IMG/VR virus record: IMGVR_UViG_3300049924_000058
Coordinates: 1 to 40,255 of that record
Length of the DNA stretch: 40,255 nt
Direction: 5' to 3' (one strand)
From: a virus
Taxonomy: Duplodnaviria > Caudoviricetes
Shown here: positions 17,905-28,380 of the stretch, in pieces
Layout of the letters: every line of letters begins with the position of its first letter
Position numbering within the stretch: position 1 is the first letter of the stretch
Translations under genes and position numbers: made by a program
Notes under the pieces: model-generated
Seen by the model: only the letters and a program-made list of their open reading frames with translations
Told to the model about the DNA's origin: nothing
Database searches by the model: none

Positions 17905-20050
17905 CTATCCTACCTCCGGGTTTATTTAGTGTTGTGATTAGCTGACATACGTGCGGTGGTTCAGGAACTAGGAGCTCTCTGCCGCTTATCTTTAGCTTGA
18001 AGCTAAGACCTGAATCAGCTAAATCTCTGATGTCTGTAGTGTCTGTAAAAGAATCTTTGTACAAGGCGGTAGTCCGCGGGAGGGCAAGATGCTGTTCTTG
18101 CGTAGTATTGTAGTCGTCTACAAATCCGTCATTAGTTCCAGACGTCTGTACCTTCAAAGAGGCCTTACCTTTAGACAGTCCGTGTAGCCGTAGCTTAGAC
18201 AGCCTAGAATAGGTAAACGGGTCTGAGGAAGAGGCGTTAGTCTCGAAGTGATACGTGATAGGCTTTCCAGCAAAGCCCCAACCCACGTCCATCTCCACAA
18301 CTCTATTCAGATTAAAGGGTAGGCGGTCATTATAGTGAGCAGCGAAAAGCTTCTCTGTACCATCCTGTGCCATCTGCGAACAGGTAGCTAGGGTTTGGAA
18401 CGTAGCGGTGCCTGGATTTTCTACCTCTTCATCGAACTGGTACTGCTGTGTGGTGAAGATGTAGCCGTTAGGCGTAACGCTCATCGTAAGCACGTACCCG
18501 TCTCTGAAGAACAGTCTGTACTGGTTCTTTGTTCTCACTACCATATTACCTGTAATGGCCGGATAGGAGAAGTAACGTCCTTGTATTCTCTTGAGTCTAG
18601 GACGTAACCAAGGGTCTACTCTCTCGGAGATAGACACGCCCAGGAAGTCTCCGTACTTATCTGTCTGCTCTATGGTCATAATGCCAGCAGCGGAGCAGTA
18701 GTACGGACGGCTCATAGCCGCTAGGGTGTACTCGATACAGCCTGTGTTAGGGCTAATTACGTGAACACCTAAATCTTTATCTAGGTAGTAGATGGAGTTC
18801 TCGCAGAAGACTCCTAGAGCCTCACCTGCCAGTACTTGCAAGCCTACAATCCTATCTCCGAAAGCAATCTCTGCAGCCCCGGATACACCATCGAAGTCGG
18901 TAGGATTGCCTACTACAGAGAGCAGCACAGACCCGTTGGTGTAACCTAATACGAGCCTATCTTGGAATTTAGCGATGTGGCGGGGCTTGTCTAGCTCAAA
19001 GGAAAGCCCTGTATTAATAAACAGGAAGTCCTCACCGTCATATACGAAAGCCCTGCTAACGCCGTTAGCGCCGTACAGGGACGTTGTAATCTCGGAACCG
19101 TAGAAGTTAGCTACTAGGAACTGATGTTGGCTCTGAGCGATCTCTAGGGCCTTTGCTGTGGGCAGTGAGTTGATGGCTACCTGAGCTCCGTCAGGGAAGT
19201 TCTGAGTAGAGGAACCTAGGTTCAACTCTTCCCATCCGACTACCCTGTCAGCGCCTGAATTGTCGTCCAGCAGTTGCTGGATAGTTCTAGCTCTCCACAG
19301 AGTACCTATATCCGCCTCTACCGTTAGGGTAGACGGGGCTACTGCGTGCAGGACGTCATTGTACCACACAAGGCCGCAGGGGCCGTACAGCTCTGTAATG
19401 ATGCCTCTAAGTACGGTAGCGTACTGTACACGATACGAATAGTTAGCTGTAGGATCGTAGACGATGCTGTTAAAACTGTACACGTTGGCGACAGTTGCAG
19501 TTACGGTATGAGCTCCAGTAGTAGGAGCTAACTTCAGCATAACTATACCAGCAGCCAAAGCGTCTTCGTTAACACAAGCTATCACGACACGGGTGGTATT
19601 GACTATCTCGACTACGGTACCTATGTGGATAGTCTTAGTCACAGTGGACGAAGGTATCACGCCGTAGAACGGAGATCCGTGTAGCATAAGCTCGGAGAAG
19701 GTGCTAGGAGAGTCTTTAGTGACCCCTAGGATACCGCCTACTTCGTGCAGGATTAGGTTATCTACAACGCCCATCTGGCCGTTGAACACCTGTGTAACGC
19801 CTACGTGGTCGCCCAGCGACAAGTCGTGCGGGGATGTAAAGTCTATAACTTTGAACGAGGAAGTGTCCGCAGGAGTCTGTCCGTCGTAGAACTCGAAGCC
19901 GTAGATGCGCGATAACCCAGCAGCATCGGATCTCTCGTAGTTCAGACACGACAAAAGGCTGCCAGGGACAGCAGCAGGTTTAGGTGTAGTCAGGTCCAGC
20001 CCTAGGTCTAGGGCCAGTAACTGAGGGGTAATTCCCTCTGCCTTAGCCAT
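17897..20050 (-). CDS. Tail nozzle (tail tubular protein B / P22 gp10-like)
   Basis: 717 aa, beta-rich, HIAKFQDRLVLG...SVVGNPTDF motif; follows the adaptor. Confidence 0.75.
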   Translation of the reverse strand: MAKAEGITPQLLALDLGLDLTTPKPAAVPGSLLSCLNYERSDAAGLSRIYGFEFYDGQTPADTSSFKVIDFTSPHDLSLGDHVGVTQVFNGQMGVVDNLILHEVGGILGVTKDSPSTFSELMLHGSPFYGVIPSSTVTKTIHIGTVVEIVNTTRVVIACVNEDALAAGIVMLKLAPTTGAHTVTATVANVYSFNSIVYDPTANYSYRVQYATVLRGIITELYGPCGLVWYNDVLHAVAPSTLTVEADIGTLWRARTIQQLLDDNSGADRVVGWEELNLGSSTQNFPDGAQVAINSLPTAKALEIAQSQHQFLVANFYGSEITTSLYGANGVSRAFVYDGEDFLFINTGLSFELDKPRHIAKFQDRLVLGYTNGSVLLSVVGNPTDFDGVSGAAEIAFGDRIVGLQVLAGEALGVFCENSIYYLDKDLGVHVISPNTGCIEYTLAAMSRPYYCSAAGIMTIEQTDKYGDFLGVSISERVDPWLRPRLKRIQGRYFSYPAITGNMVVRTKNQYRLFFRDGYVLTMSVTPNGYIFTTQQYQFDEEVENPGTATFQTLATCSQMAQDGTEKLFAAHYNDRLPFNLNRVVEMDVGWGFAGKPITYHFETNASSSDPFTYSRLSKLRLHGLSKGKASLKVQTSGTNDGFVDDYNTTQEQHLALPRTTALYKDSFTDTTDIRDLADSGLSFKLKISGRELLVPEPPHVCQLITTLNKPGGRIDA

Positions 20051-20948
20051 ATTGGCTATCCTGGAAGCGTGGTATCATTCCTGCATCTCTGTTTATCATG
20101 GTCGAGTATTCTCCGAATTCCCTATTGGCTGTAGACCAAAGGCGAGAATCTCTCTCGTAGTTAGCGTATTTCATAACAGCCCCAAGGACGATAGCTCTAT
20201 GTTGTGACTCTGGGAGCCGTGTCGGGACGTCGGAATAAGCAAAAAGTGTCTGCGGTTTCTGGTTACCGTACGCCAAAAGCGTGGTATCAAAACCGAGGTT
20301 GGGGTAGAAATAAAGGTACCCATCAGGGCTGGTAGTGTATAGCCTAGGAGTGCCGTACTCGCCCTTAAGCTCGTTCATCCAGGACTTCCATTCTACGAAC
20401 TGAACTGTAAAGTCTTGCCCCTCAATCCTTAGGATTATGGGCTTAGAGGTCAGGGCCTGTAGGGTACTGTCAAGCTCTGCTATAGAATAGCCAACAAAGC
20501 CACCTACCTTAAAGCTGTTGGGATTGATGTCTAAGGTATCTTCTATCCAGTCTGACCCGAGCTCCAAGACAGAGAAATCAGTATCTGCTCCTATGTCTAG
20601 GAAGCCAGTATAACTCCCAAGTAATTTATCTCCGGACACAGAAGGTCCTTCTGCGATTACGGAGATAACGTCGTCTGTAGCGTTGTAATACTGTTTTCCT
20701 ATTACGGTTGTAGTGGCCGCTAGATTATATACCCGCACACGAGGACGCAGTGATGTCACCACCACTGCGCTCGAAAAGTACGATTCCTTTCCCTTGGTTT
20801 GTAGTTCTCTCCAAGTGTCCGAAATCCAAGTTTTAAATCTAGAGTACATCTTACTTCCGGGAGGGCTGGCGAAGTTAGCCTGAGTCAGAGCATCTAATTC
20901 CACTCCTGCCTCTTTTGTTGCTTCGTTAACCAATTCCAGATAATTCAT
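20043..20948 (-). CDS. Head-tail adaptor (tail tubular protein A / gatekeeper)
   Basis: MNYLELVN start, GTPRLY, LYFYPN, P..LPESQHRAIV.GA: typical adaptor motifs. Confidence 0.75.
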   Translation of the reverse strand: MNYLELVNEATKEAGVELDALTQANFASPPGSKMYSRFKTWISDTWRELQTKGKESYFSSAVVVTSLRPRVRVYNLAATTTVIGKQYYNATDDVISVIAEGPSVSGDKLLGSYTGFLDIGADTDFSVLELGSDWIEDTLDINPNSFKVGGFVGYSIAELDSTLQALTSKPIILRIEGQDFTVQFVEWKSWMNELKGEYGTPRLYTTSPDGYLYFYPNLGFDTTLLAYGNQKPQTLFAYSDVPTRLPESQHRAIVLGAVMKYANYERDSRLWSTANREFGEYSTMINRDAGMIPRFQDSQYG

Positions 20949-20967
20949 TAAGAGTCTCCTGCTTTGT

Positions 20968-21639
20968 TTACGAGCCGAGTCTCATATCTTCCTCGGCACC
21001 TTTGCTAATCATCGTTTTGACGTCTACTTTCAATAGACCTTCTTTCTGTGCTTCCAGCAACTCAACGTGGTTAGGCCATCTTCCAAACAACTCGCGGAAC
21101 TTAATACGCGGGCCCATTGTTGAGGCCTTACCTTTTTCGAAGCCTGGACGTGGGTCTGGACCTGGGTTGGTAGACACTACCGAGAACGGATAAGAGAGCA
21201 TTTTCTTATACTCCCATCGCTCAGGTGCTCCAAGCGGCGCCTGATAGTTTTCTACTAGTCTGTGCTCTACGGCATCAGCTAGAACACCAACCACTTTAAT
21301 AGGAACATCAACATCAACGCCTCTAGGAATAGTAACGTTGTAACCATTTGCCCCAACAAACACTGGGTTGTTGGTAGCGCCTGGGGTTGGATCACGGTGG
21401 ACGTGGATTCTACTCCATCCTGCGGCTGGTCCTGTGGAACCTTCATCAACGATGAGGGCCATGTCTTGAACATTACGTTTGGCCTTGATAATCTCTACAA
21501 TTCTTTCTTTGTTCGCGTCTTTCGGTAGATTAATGCGATACAAAGCTGCATACTTACGCAAAGCCTGAATACTTAGTGTTTCCAGCTCTGTCGAATTTTC
21601 AAACTCGCCTTGGGCGATATTTTCTTCATCTTGGGACAT
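20968..21639 (-). CDS. Conserved phage protein with N-terminal HeH/Rho-N-like module
   Basis: LETLSIQALRKYAALYRINLPKDANKERIVEII, then PVFVGANGYNVTIPRGVDVDVP; AAGGAG SD. Confidence 0.65.
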   Translation of the reverse strand: MSQDEENIAQGEFENSTELETLSIQALRKYAALYRINLPKDANKERIVEIIKAKRNVQDMALIVDEGSTGPAAGWSRIHVHRDPTPGATNNPVFVGANGYNVTIPRGVDVDVPIKVVGVLADAVEHRLVENYQAPLGAPERWEYKKMLSYPFSVVSTNPGPDPRPGFEKGKASTMGPRIKFRELFGRWPNHVELLEAQKEGLLKVDVKTMISKGAEEDMRLGS

Positions 21640-21665
21640 ATTATGTCATCTCCTTAAACTAGTGG

Positions 21666-21689
21666 GTCGGGCCCCCGAAGGAGCCCGAC
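21666..21689 (-). promoter_or_regulatory. Stable C(UUCG)G hairpin downstream of the capsid genes (mRNA stabiliser/partial terminator)
   Basis: Minus strand reads GTCGGGCTCC-TTCG-GGGGCCCGAC, a 10-bp stem with one G-U pair. No U-tract follows. Confidence 0.65.
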
Positions 21690-21702
21690 GATTGTATTAC
21701 TA

Positions 21703-22359
21703 TTAAGCTTTACCAGCTGTACCAGCGAAGTCAACGTTAGCTGGGGTTGTGCCATACTGATAGAAACGCTTCATATCCGAACCGTCTACAGCAGTCTTCA
21801 TAGCGCGGACGAATGTGATGGACACATTGACAGCAGCGGTAGAAGCTGTTGGAGCGGCTAGAGTACCGGCCGACTGAACGTTGTTGATCAGTACAGGACG
21901 CGGATAGAAGATTACCAGTTTAGCAAAACCAGGCAGAGCAGCGATGGTAGCAGCCGAGGAGTTAACTCCAAGGCAAGCGCCAGCTTTGTCAAAACCTGCG
22001 TACATTGTGGTAGCCGATAGCGAGATATCCTTATGCAGTTTCCAGTCAGCTTGCGCGACCATATTACCGAATTCGGTTAGCTCGGCCAGACGCAGCGGAT
22101 TGGCACCCGAGGTCAAAGCCTTGTGGTTGAGGAAAGCGATAACCGAGTTTGTGGTACCGCCAATCTTTTCCACGACGCCTAGACCATCGCCGTTCTCACC
22201 ACGCAGCTCGGCTAGGATTGCGCAGTTAAGCGTAGATCCACCGTTAGCCACGTCTGTGTAGGTTACACCAGCGGGGACAGTAACAGAAATAGATTCCTGT
22301 TCTCCGTTAGCAGGACCGGCCTTATTGCCGTCCAGAAAAACTTTACTATAAAAAGCCAT
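21703..22359 (-). CDS. Putative capsid decoration/minor capsid protein
   Basis: Directly after the MCP, strong AAGGAGG SD, Ala/Gly/Thr-rich, codon style similar to the MCP. Confidence 0.6.
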   Translation of the reverse strand: MAFYSKVFLDGNKAGPANGEQESISVTVPAGVTYTDVANGGSTLNCAILAELRGENGDGLGVVEKIGGTTNSVIAFLNHKALTSGANPLRLAELTEFGNMVAQADWKLHKDISLSATTMYAGFDKAGACLGVNSSAATIAALPGFAKLVIFYPRPVLINNVQSAGTLAAPTASTAAVNVSITFVRAMKTAVDGSDMKRFYQYGTTPANVDFAGTAGKA

Positions 22360-22382
22360 TATTAAATCCTCCTTGGATTAGA

Positions 22383-23399
22383 TTAGGTCAGCGAACGCGC
22401 AGCGGCTTCGATACGGACACCCCAAGCTTCATTCAAGCGAGTTACGACGTACCACATTTTCCAGCTGCAGAAACCGCGCTGAGCCAACGGATCTTCGATA
22501 GAAGCAACCGGGTTCTTGAAGATAACTTCAGCGGATTCGTAGCCTTTAAGAGCAGTAACGGCGAAGAAGTCTTGTCCCAGAATAACCAGAGGATAGACGT
22601 CAACAGCGCCGTTCGAACCGAGCACGTCGGTCGAGACACCACCACCGCCAGCCGAAGTACCTGCACCGTAGAACGGATTCAAGTGCGGGGTCAGGATGAA
22701 GCGGATATCTTCAAACTTACCGATTTCTTGGTCCATGATACCGGAAATATTGCCGTACTTCTCACGTGGCACGAAGCCGGTAAGATCACGCAGATCCGAC
22801 TCTAGGTTGCTGTGACCGAGAGCGATGTAACCAGGAGCGACAGGCTCAGTAGCGGTGTTAACCGATGCCGAGATCATCTTGGTTAGTTGCTTGGCCAGGT
22901 TGCTTTTCAGAACGCGCTGAGCTAGACGCAGATCAGCTTCTTGTACTGGGGCGTTAACTGTAACGCGCGAGGTAGCGGTACCTGTGTAGATAACGTTTGT
23001 ACCAGCGCGGATAACGTTCCAGATAAGACCTTCTTTCACCTGAGCAGCTTGTTCCGACATTAGCTCGGTCATCTGATTCAGAATCGGGTCTTCGTGTGTG
23101 TCAGCGATAACGTCAGTGAATTGCACCCAAGCGCCGTACTGCGAGATAGCAGTTGTGACGTCTTCGAAGCGCAAGGCTTGTGGGGCTGGCGTAACGCCTT
23201 CGGTCAGAGCTACTAGCGAGGTGTCGAACGGAATCGCTCTGCGCCACTTGATAGTCTGGGACTTGTTTTTAGGAAGCGGTTGCGATGTAGCAAAACGCTC
23301 CAGAACTAGAATCGGTTGCGCATGTGCCAAAAACTTAGCAACTGCGTGAATACCGACTCGCGGCGAGATATCGCCGTACTGCATACCATTATAGGCCAT
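22383..23399 (-). CDS. Major capsid protein (N4-gp56 family)
   Basis: YGDISPR, PLPKNKSQTIKWRR, LTEGVTP, QYG, EIGKFEDIRF, DPLAQRG..SWK motifs. Confidence 0.93.
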   Translation of the reverse strand: MAYNGMQYGDISPRVGIHAVAKFLAHAQPILVLERFATSQPLPKNKSQTIKWRRAIPFDTSLVALTEGVTPAPQALRFEDVTTAISQYGAWVQFTDVIADTHEDPILNQMTELMSEQAAQVKEGLIWNVIRAGTNVIYTGTATSRVTVNAPVQEADLRLAQRVLKSNLAKQLTKMISASVNTATEPVAPGYIALGHSNLESDLRDLTGFVPREKYGNISGIMDQEIGKFEDIRFILTPHLNPFYGAGTSAGGGGVSTDVLGSNGAVDVYPLVILGQDFFAVTALKGYESAEVIFKNPVASIEDPLAQRGFCSWKMWYVVTRLNEAWGVRIEAAARSLT

Positions 23400-23417
23400 T
23401 TGTTAAATCTCCTTGGA

Positions 23418-24338
23418 TTAATATTGTCTTTGGTTGAGCTTCCGGTGCTCTTCAAATACTTTCTTGAAATAAGCCTCAGGGTCAGTCTCTTGTCGCTGAG
23501 CTGGCGAGGCAGCAGAGCTGCCAGGCACCTTAGCAGTAAGTTTTCTAGCCCTTTCTTCGGAAACGTCAGCCGCTTGTTTAGACGGGACCTTACCTGTGTA
23601 AAGGTTGAAACGCTCTATTGCCAGTACCACATCTTCGGCGTAGCCTGATTCTGCAAGTTGACGTTGGTTAGGAGTTAGTGTTTCCTTGTACTGAGTCCAT
23701 TCAGCAGATCTAAAGATCTCTGGCGCTTCAGGTACTGCGCTTACAAGTTTATTAAACTCCCGTTGCATGTCCTCTTGTTCCTCTACTTCGCGGAACGTGT
23801 TAGTGACTTCTCGGGCTGCTTCAACACTCTGCTTCTTCGTGGACGTAACCATACGGTTAAATGTTGCCTGAAGAGCCGCAGCAAGTGTGGGGTCTGTCTC
23901 TCTTATTAGTGCGAAATGCTCGTTGTCGAATGCGTCTGCTAGAGAGGCATCTCCTTCGGCATCTGAATCTGGTTTGGCGGAATTCTCAGCCATTGTTTGA
24001 AGTTTTTTGTCCAGCTCTGCCAGCTTACGCTGTAGCCCTGGAACTCTGCCAGCGTCTGATTTTAGACGGTGTTGTGCTGTCCTTGCTTCCTCTAGCTCTC
24101 TCCTGAGCTTGGTCGTCTCGTCTTCGTCTCCGTGATCTTCGGCTTCCTCGCGGACCTCTTCGGTCGGCGCTTCTTCCTCTACTACCACTTCCTCTTTGAC
24201 TTCTTCCGCGGCAACCTCTTGAATAGGTTCCTTAACTTCCTCTTCTTCTTTAGCCATCAAGGCGTCCATAGCTACTGTATCATTTGTCTCCATAGCACGA
24301 GAGATATCTTTAAATAGCTTATCATTTTCTTCTTGCAT
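23418..24338 (-). CDS. Capsid scaffolding protein
   Basis: Acidic coiled-coil protein between portal and MCP; RLKSDAGRV motif. Confidence 0.75.
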   Translation of the reverse strand: MQEENDKLFKDISRAMETNDTVAMDALMAKEEEEVKEPIQEVAAEEVKEEVVVEEEAPTEEVREEAEDHGDEDETTKLRRELEEARTAQHRLKSDAGRVPGLQRKLAELDKKLQTMAENSAKPDSDAEGDASLADAFDNEHFALIRETDPTLAAALQATFNRMVTSTKKQSVEAAREVTNTFREVEEQEDMQREFNKLVSAVPEAPEIFRSAEWTQYKETLTPNQRQLAESGYAEDVVLAIERFNLYTGKVPSKQAADVSEERARKLTAKVPGSSAASPAQRQETDPEAYFKKVFEEHRKLNQRQY

Positions 24339-24565
24339 TATCTATCCTTAGTTTGGGCCAGTACAGAACGGGCATCTTCTTCGAGTCCTATCGTCGCTTT
24401 ATACGCGAGGATACAACCCCTCAGTTTATTAGCTTCTCTATCATCAATATCACCACAAAGCTTAGATACACAATCATCAATTCTTCGTAGCATGATCTGT
24501 TTTACGTGGAACCAGTCTTTGCTGGAATAGTTAATTCCAATCACATCGGTCAAATGTTCGTTCAA
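24338..24565 (-). CDS. Small conserved protein between portal and scaffold
   Basis: AAGGAG SD with TTG start; W...LRG.I pattern; TAATG overlap with the scaffold gene. Confidence 0.7.
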   Translation of the reverse strand: MNEHLTDVIGINYSSKDWFHVKQIMLRRIDDCVSKLCGDIDDREANKLRGCILAYKATIGLEEDARSVLAQTKDR

Positions 24566-24575
24566 AAGTTACTCC

Positions 24576-26780
24576 TTAGATACCAGTCTTGCCTTGCTTT
24601 TTCAATTTAATCTCTTCTTTGTAAATCTCCAGTTCGGCATTCTTAATAGCATTCTCTTGTTGCATAGCAGCGACTTCGATCTGCTTGTCTACGTCGAACT
24701 TCATGGTATCAGCTTGCATGGTCATACCAGCAGCCTGAGCATCCACTTCAACCTTAGCCATCTTAGCCTGATAATCCAACTGAGCTTTGAGGGTAGAGGC
24801 TTGTGCAGACATAGCCATAGCTTGGTTGTTAGCAAGAGCAACTTGTTCTTTCATCTGAACAACTTGAGCTTCCATCTCCAACTTCATCTTGGTCAACTGC
24901 ATTTCCATCTGCATCTGCTGAGTTTCTATCTGCAGACGTTGTTTCTCTAGATCAAGCTTAGCCATCTCTACCTGCGCTTTTATCGCGTTAGGGTCACTCT
25001 TGGCCGCTTGTTCCTGCTGTTGCTTCTCCCAAGCATCAGCCTCTTCCTTAGAACGGATTAGGTCACGAGCAGGAATAGCCATCAGGGCTAGACGAGTGTT
25101 GGTTAGTACATCTTGATTAATCCACTTAGCTAGGTGCGGGTTACCAGCAGTCTCTACAGACAGCTTTTCTAGGTCACGTACGTGAATCTGCTTGTTCTTA
25201 TACTCGTTAGCAGAACGTACGTCTAGATTGTAGTTGCCTTTGATTTCTTTACGCTGACTATATTGCATGTTCCACCCGTACATACGACGGATGACCTTAG
25301 CAGTGATGTGGTCGTCCCACTCCTCTGAGGCAGCATCTAGCAAAACAGTGGAGTTCTTCTGGGCGAGCATGTCGCCAGTAGCAGAAGCTCCTACCTGTGT
25401 AGACTGCAATCCGGCTGCTAAAGCGTTAGTACCGGACTCTTCTTCAGAGAACTCACGGGCCATAGCTAGCACCGGAGTTAGATATTGAAGAACGTTAGGG
25501 ACGTCGAAGAACTGAATAGCATCACTTACCTTCATCATAGGGTCGGTTAGATACCAAACCTTACGAGGTCCCATTTCCCACTCTCCGTCCGCAGGAGTAA
25601 TATAACGCTGCTGTATCGCAGCTTGCGGACCAGAAGAAATAGAGGCGTTATCCAAGATCATGTGCCAGGTCTGCGTGACGACGCGTTGCTGGTCTTTCAT
25701 AGTCAGCGGATGAGCAAACCCGAACACGCTACCTGGATCTTTCTTCCAAGGAGCGATAGCGTACGGAGTCTCGAAAGAACCTTCAATGTTCTCCAACTCA
25801 ATACGAATAATTCTGTTGTTAACGATCCACACTTCCCCGAAGTAATCTTCGAGAGGAGTCTCGTAAGCAGGACGGATGCCTATGGTATCCAAGTCGCACT
25901 TCTTGATAGGACCGTGGTATTCTATTACGCAGTACTTGTTCTTGAACAACGCAGGATTAGCATCTACTAGACGCTTATACTCTACAAACGATTCAGACAT
26001 GTAAGCTTCGGGGTCTTCTTTAAGAGCTTCTTCTATCTCTTCTCTTTCGTAGCCTTCGTGATTGACGTAGGCAACTAGATCGTAAGCCGACATAGGATGC
26101 ACTTGAATAGCGTCACCAATCTTATCCGGATCTGCTACTGTGTCATCTGGGAAGAAGAACCAAGGGTCCACACGCTCGATAGCTGGCTTGTACACTACCT
26201 GTGACTTAGACATCCACTCGCCTGAGTATTGGTCTTGGGTATATACGGTAGTCACTGTGCCAGTATTGACTGGTCCTTTCAAGATACCAGTACCGAGGAT
26301 AACCCTATCCCGTATAGCTTCTCTTGAGTGGAAAGCGTAACGGCAGGTGTCTAGCTGTGCCTCAATCTCATCAGACATCATCTGACACTTGATGCTGTTG
26401 GCGGGATCTGTGTTATTGGCAGCTGGCCATAAGTCCCAGTTCTTCTCTCCAATAGCGAACTGCATGTCGATACACTGCGCAATAGCGGCATCGCACTTAG
26501 TTCGAACTATGTTGAAGTCGGGTCTAGCTTTTCTAGCTGCAGTACCAGCAAACGGAGTTTCTTTATACTCCAGGGAAGAATACATACTGCCGTAGTACAG
26601 GTGGGAGCTTTCCAGCCACTCTTCCTGTTTCGCAGCCCTGTTGGAAATTCGCTTCTTGAGCTTTGTCGTGAGGGTGTTGGCCAGCTTATTCATGCCGTCC
26701 TTACGCGCGCGGCGTAAGATCTTCTCGGCTTCTTGGGCTAGCTCTTCTTCCGTCATCAAGTTAGGTTCGTCGTTATACAT
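24576..26780 (-). CDS. Portal protein with long C-terminal coiled-coil barrel
   Basis: Follows TerL; ILGTGILKG, RVDPWFFFPD, KDPGSVFGF motifs; Q/M/E-rich C-terminal ~150 aa. Confidence 0.9.
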   Translation of the reverse strand: MYNDEPNLMTEEELAQEAEKILRRARKDGMNKLANTLTTKLKKRISNRAAKQEEWLESSHLYYGSMYSSLEYKETPFAGTAARKARPDFNIVRTKCDAAIAQCIDMQFAIGEKNWDLWPAANNTDPANSIKCQMMSDEIEAQLDTCRYAFHSREAIRDRVILGTGILKGPVNTGTVTTVYTQDQYSGEWMSKSQVVYKPAIERVDPWFFFPDDTVADPDKIGDAIQVHPMSAYDLVAYVNHEGYEREEIEEALKEDPEAYMSESFVEYKRLVDANPALFKNKYCVIEYHGPIKKCDLDTIGIRPAYETPLEDYFGEVWIVNNRIIRIELENIEGSFETPYAIAPWKKDPGSVFGFAHPLTMKDQQRVVTQTWHMILDNASISSGPQAAIQQRYITPADGEWEMGPRKVWYLTDPMMKVSDAIQFFDVPNVLQYLTPVLAMAREFSEEESGTNALAAGLQSTQVGASATGDMLAQKNSTVLLDAASEEWDDHITAKVIRRMYGWNMQYSQRKEIKGNYNLDVRSANEYKNKQIHVRDLEKLSVETAGNPHLAKWINQDVLTNTRLALMAIPARDLIRSKEEADAWEKQQQEQAAKSDPNAIKAQVEMAKLDLEKQRLQIETQQMQMEMQLTKMKLEMEAQVVQMKEQVALANNQAMAMSAQASTLKAQLDYQAKMAKVEVDAQAAGMTMQADTMKFDVDKQIEVAAMQQENAIKNAELEIYKEEIKLKKQGKTGI

Positions 26781-28380
26781 CGTATTTTAGAGTGCCCTTA
26801 TAAATGTTCGGCATTGCGCCTTTAGCGTATTTCTTGGATATGAACCTTATCTGGTTGTTCATCAGGTATCTAGTAGCATCCATAAGATGGTCGTGTTCCT
26901 TGATAATCTTTCCGTTAAGGTCCCTGCGATATAGCGTGTATTCTCTCTGCCAGTTGTGTAGTGTATCAAACACTTTAAGCTTACCGGCTGATAGAGCTGC
27001 GTATACTAGTTGTATTCCGCCCTCTACTTCGTTCTTGGCGGGAAAGATAGTCAACCCTACCTCTTTGTAAACTTCCATCAGCTTCTGGCCATCTATCTGG
27101 CTTCTGCCTCTAGATGCGGGATCTATGACCCCTTCTAACCATTTGCCTCTAGCGTGTATTGATTGGGCATGGATGGCAGGTTCTGCCTGTCCCATATAGT
27201 GTTCGTCGTAGATGTAGATAACCCCTGTATCGGGATTTCTGGCTCCGAAAGTAACAGCAGTTTTGTTCCAACCAACATCAAGCGCGTATAAGAATTCATA
27301 GTAGTCTGGTATCTGGAAAGGCTTGATAAGTATCTCGTCGAGCGGGATTGGGTAGACGTTACCGGAACCCATTGCAGGTTCACCCTTAGAACGGGCCGCC
27401 CGCAAGTGAGGCGGGGTATCGTCCAGCATTCGAGCTTTAGCTTCCTCGGTCAACCAAGGAGCGTCGTCCCATCCTGCTGTAATGATGCACTTAGAAACCA
27501 CTCGGTTAGCTAGTCTAGCATCTTCCCCTTCGAGCTCTTCTAGTATCTCTACGTCTTCTTTTGTTACACCGCGTAGGCCTTTACTGCCTATTAAGAGGTC
27601 TGCTTTAGAGAAGAAGTTGATGATTAGAGGCGTTATACCTTCCAGCGGTGTAAACGTTACGCAGATAATGCCGTTGGTGGTCATGGTACGAATTAAACAT
27701 TCGTTGTATATCTCTGCAGGAGCTAACTCATCGAGCCAGATCCAGTGCATGGCAGTACCGTAGTACGCGGACAACGACTGTTGGTAGTTCTTAAACGACA
27801 GGGTAGACATACCACCAGAGCTATGCTTAACTTCGATGGTATCAACACCCTGTGGGACGCCGCTGAGTGCCCAAGACTTGCCCATCTTTTCGAGAGGGAT
27901 AAGACCTGTGCCCCAAGCGCCAATAGGACCTAGTAGTTCTTTCTGTACAGTATCACGAGTAGACTTAGCATCCGAACCAGCAGCCCAAGCTCTGATAGGA
28001 TGGTCGAAGGTCACTCCGTTCCACCAAGCAGGATAATCGCCTGTTAGGTGACAAGCAGTAGCGTAGGCTCCTGCTAAGCTCTTGCCTACACGGTTACCCG
28101 CGCAGAAGAGGACTTCCTTGTACTTCGAAGTGGCGTCGAAGAACGCATGGTGTTTTGGGCAGTTCTCAATAGAGAACGGAGTGTTTTCTATAAACCACTT
28201 GCCTATACCAGCATTCTCCAGACTGGAGTTGTACTGATCTACCAGCTTACCTAGAGCCATAATAGCCCTATCGTTACCAGTATTCAGTTCTAGCTCTGGG
28301 AGAAGCTTTTTAACTTCTCCGTCAAAACTAGCTGATTGCAGGGACGTCAGTAAGTCGTCAGGATTACGAGGTTGTATCAA
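26773..28380 (-). CDS. terL: Terminase large subunit
   Basis: Walker A AGNRVGKS, Walker B WIWLDE, TFTP coupling motif, nuclease ALDVGW...DHLMDATRY. TTG start is uncertain. Confidence 0.95.
   Translation of the reverse strand: MIQPRNPDDLLTSLQSASFDGEVKKLLPELELNTGNDRAIMALGKLVDQYNSSLENAGIGKWFIENTPFSIENCPKHHAFFDATSKYKEVLFCAGNRVGKSLAGAYATACHLTGDYPAWWNGVTFDHPIRAWAAGSDAKSTRDTVQKELLGPIGAWGTGLIPLEKMGKSWALSGVPQGVDTIEVKHSSGGMSTLSFKNYQQSLSAYYGTAMHWIWLDELAPAEIYNECLIRTMTTNGIICVTFTPLEGITPLIINFFSKADLLIGSKGLRGVTKEDVEILEELEGEDARLANRVVSKCIITAGWDDAPWLTEEAKARMLDDTPPHLRAARSKGEPAMGSGNVYPIPLDEILIKPFQIPDYYEFLYALDVGWNKTAVTFGARNPDTGVIYIYDEHYMGQAEPAIHAQSIHARGKWLEGVIDPASRGRSQIDGQKLMEVYKEVGLTIFPAKNEVEGGIQLVYAALSAGKLKVFDTLHNWQREYTLYRRDLNGKIIKEHDHLMDATRYLMNNQIRFISKKYAKGAMPNIYKGTLKYDV

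Noticed and set aside
22359-22400. Programmed frameshift or readthrough extending the major capsid protein
   Set aside because: No slippery heptamer at the MCP end; TAA is followed by a second in-frame TAA, and the next gene has its own strong SD.
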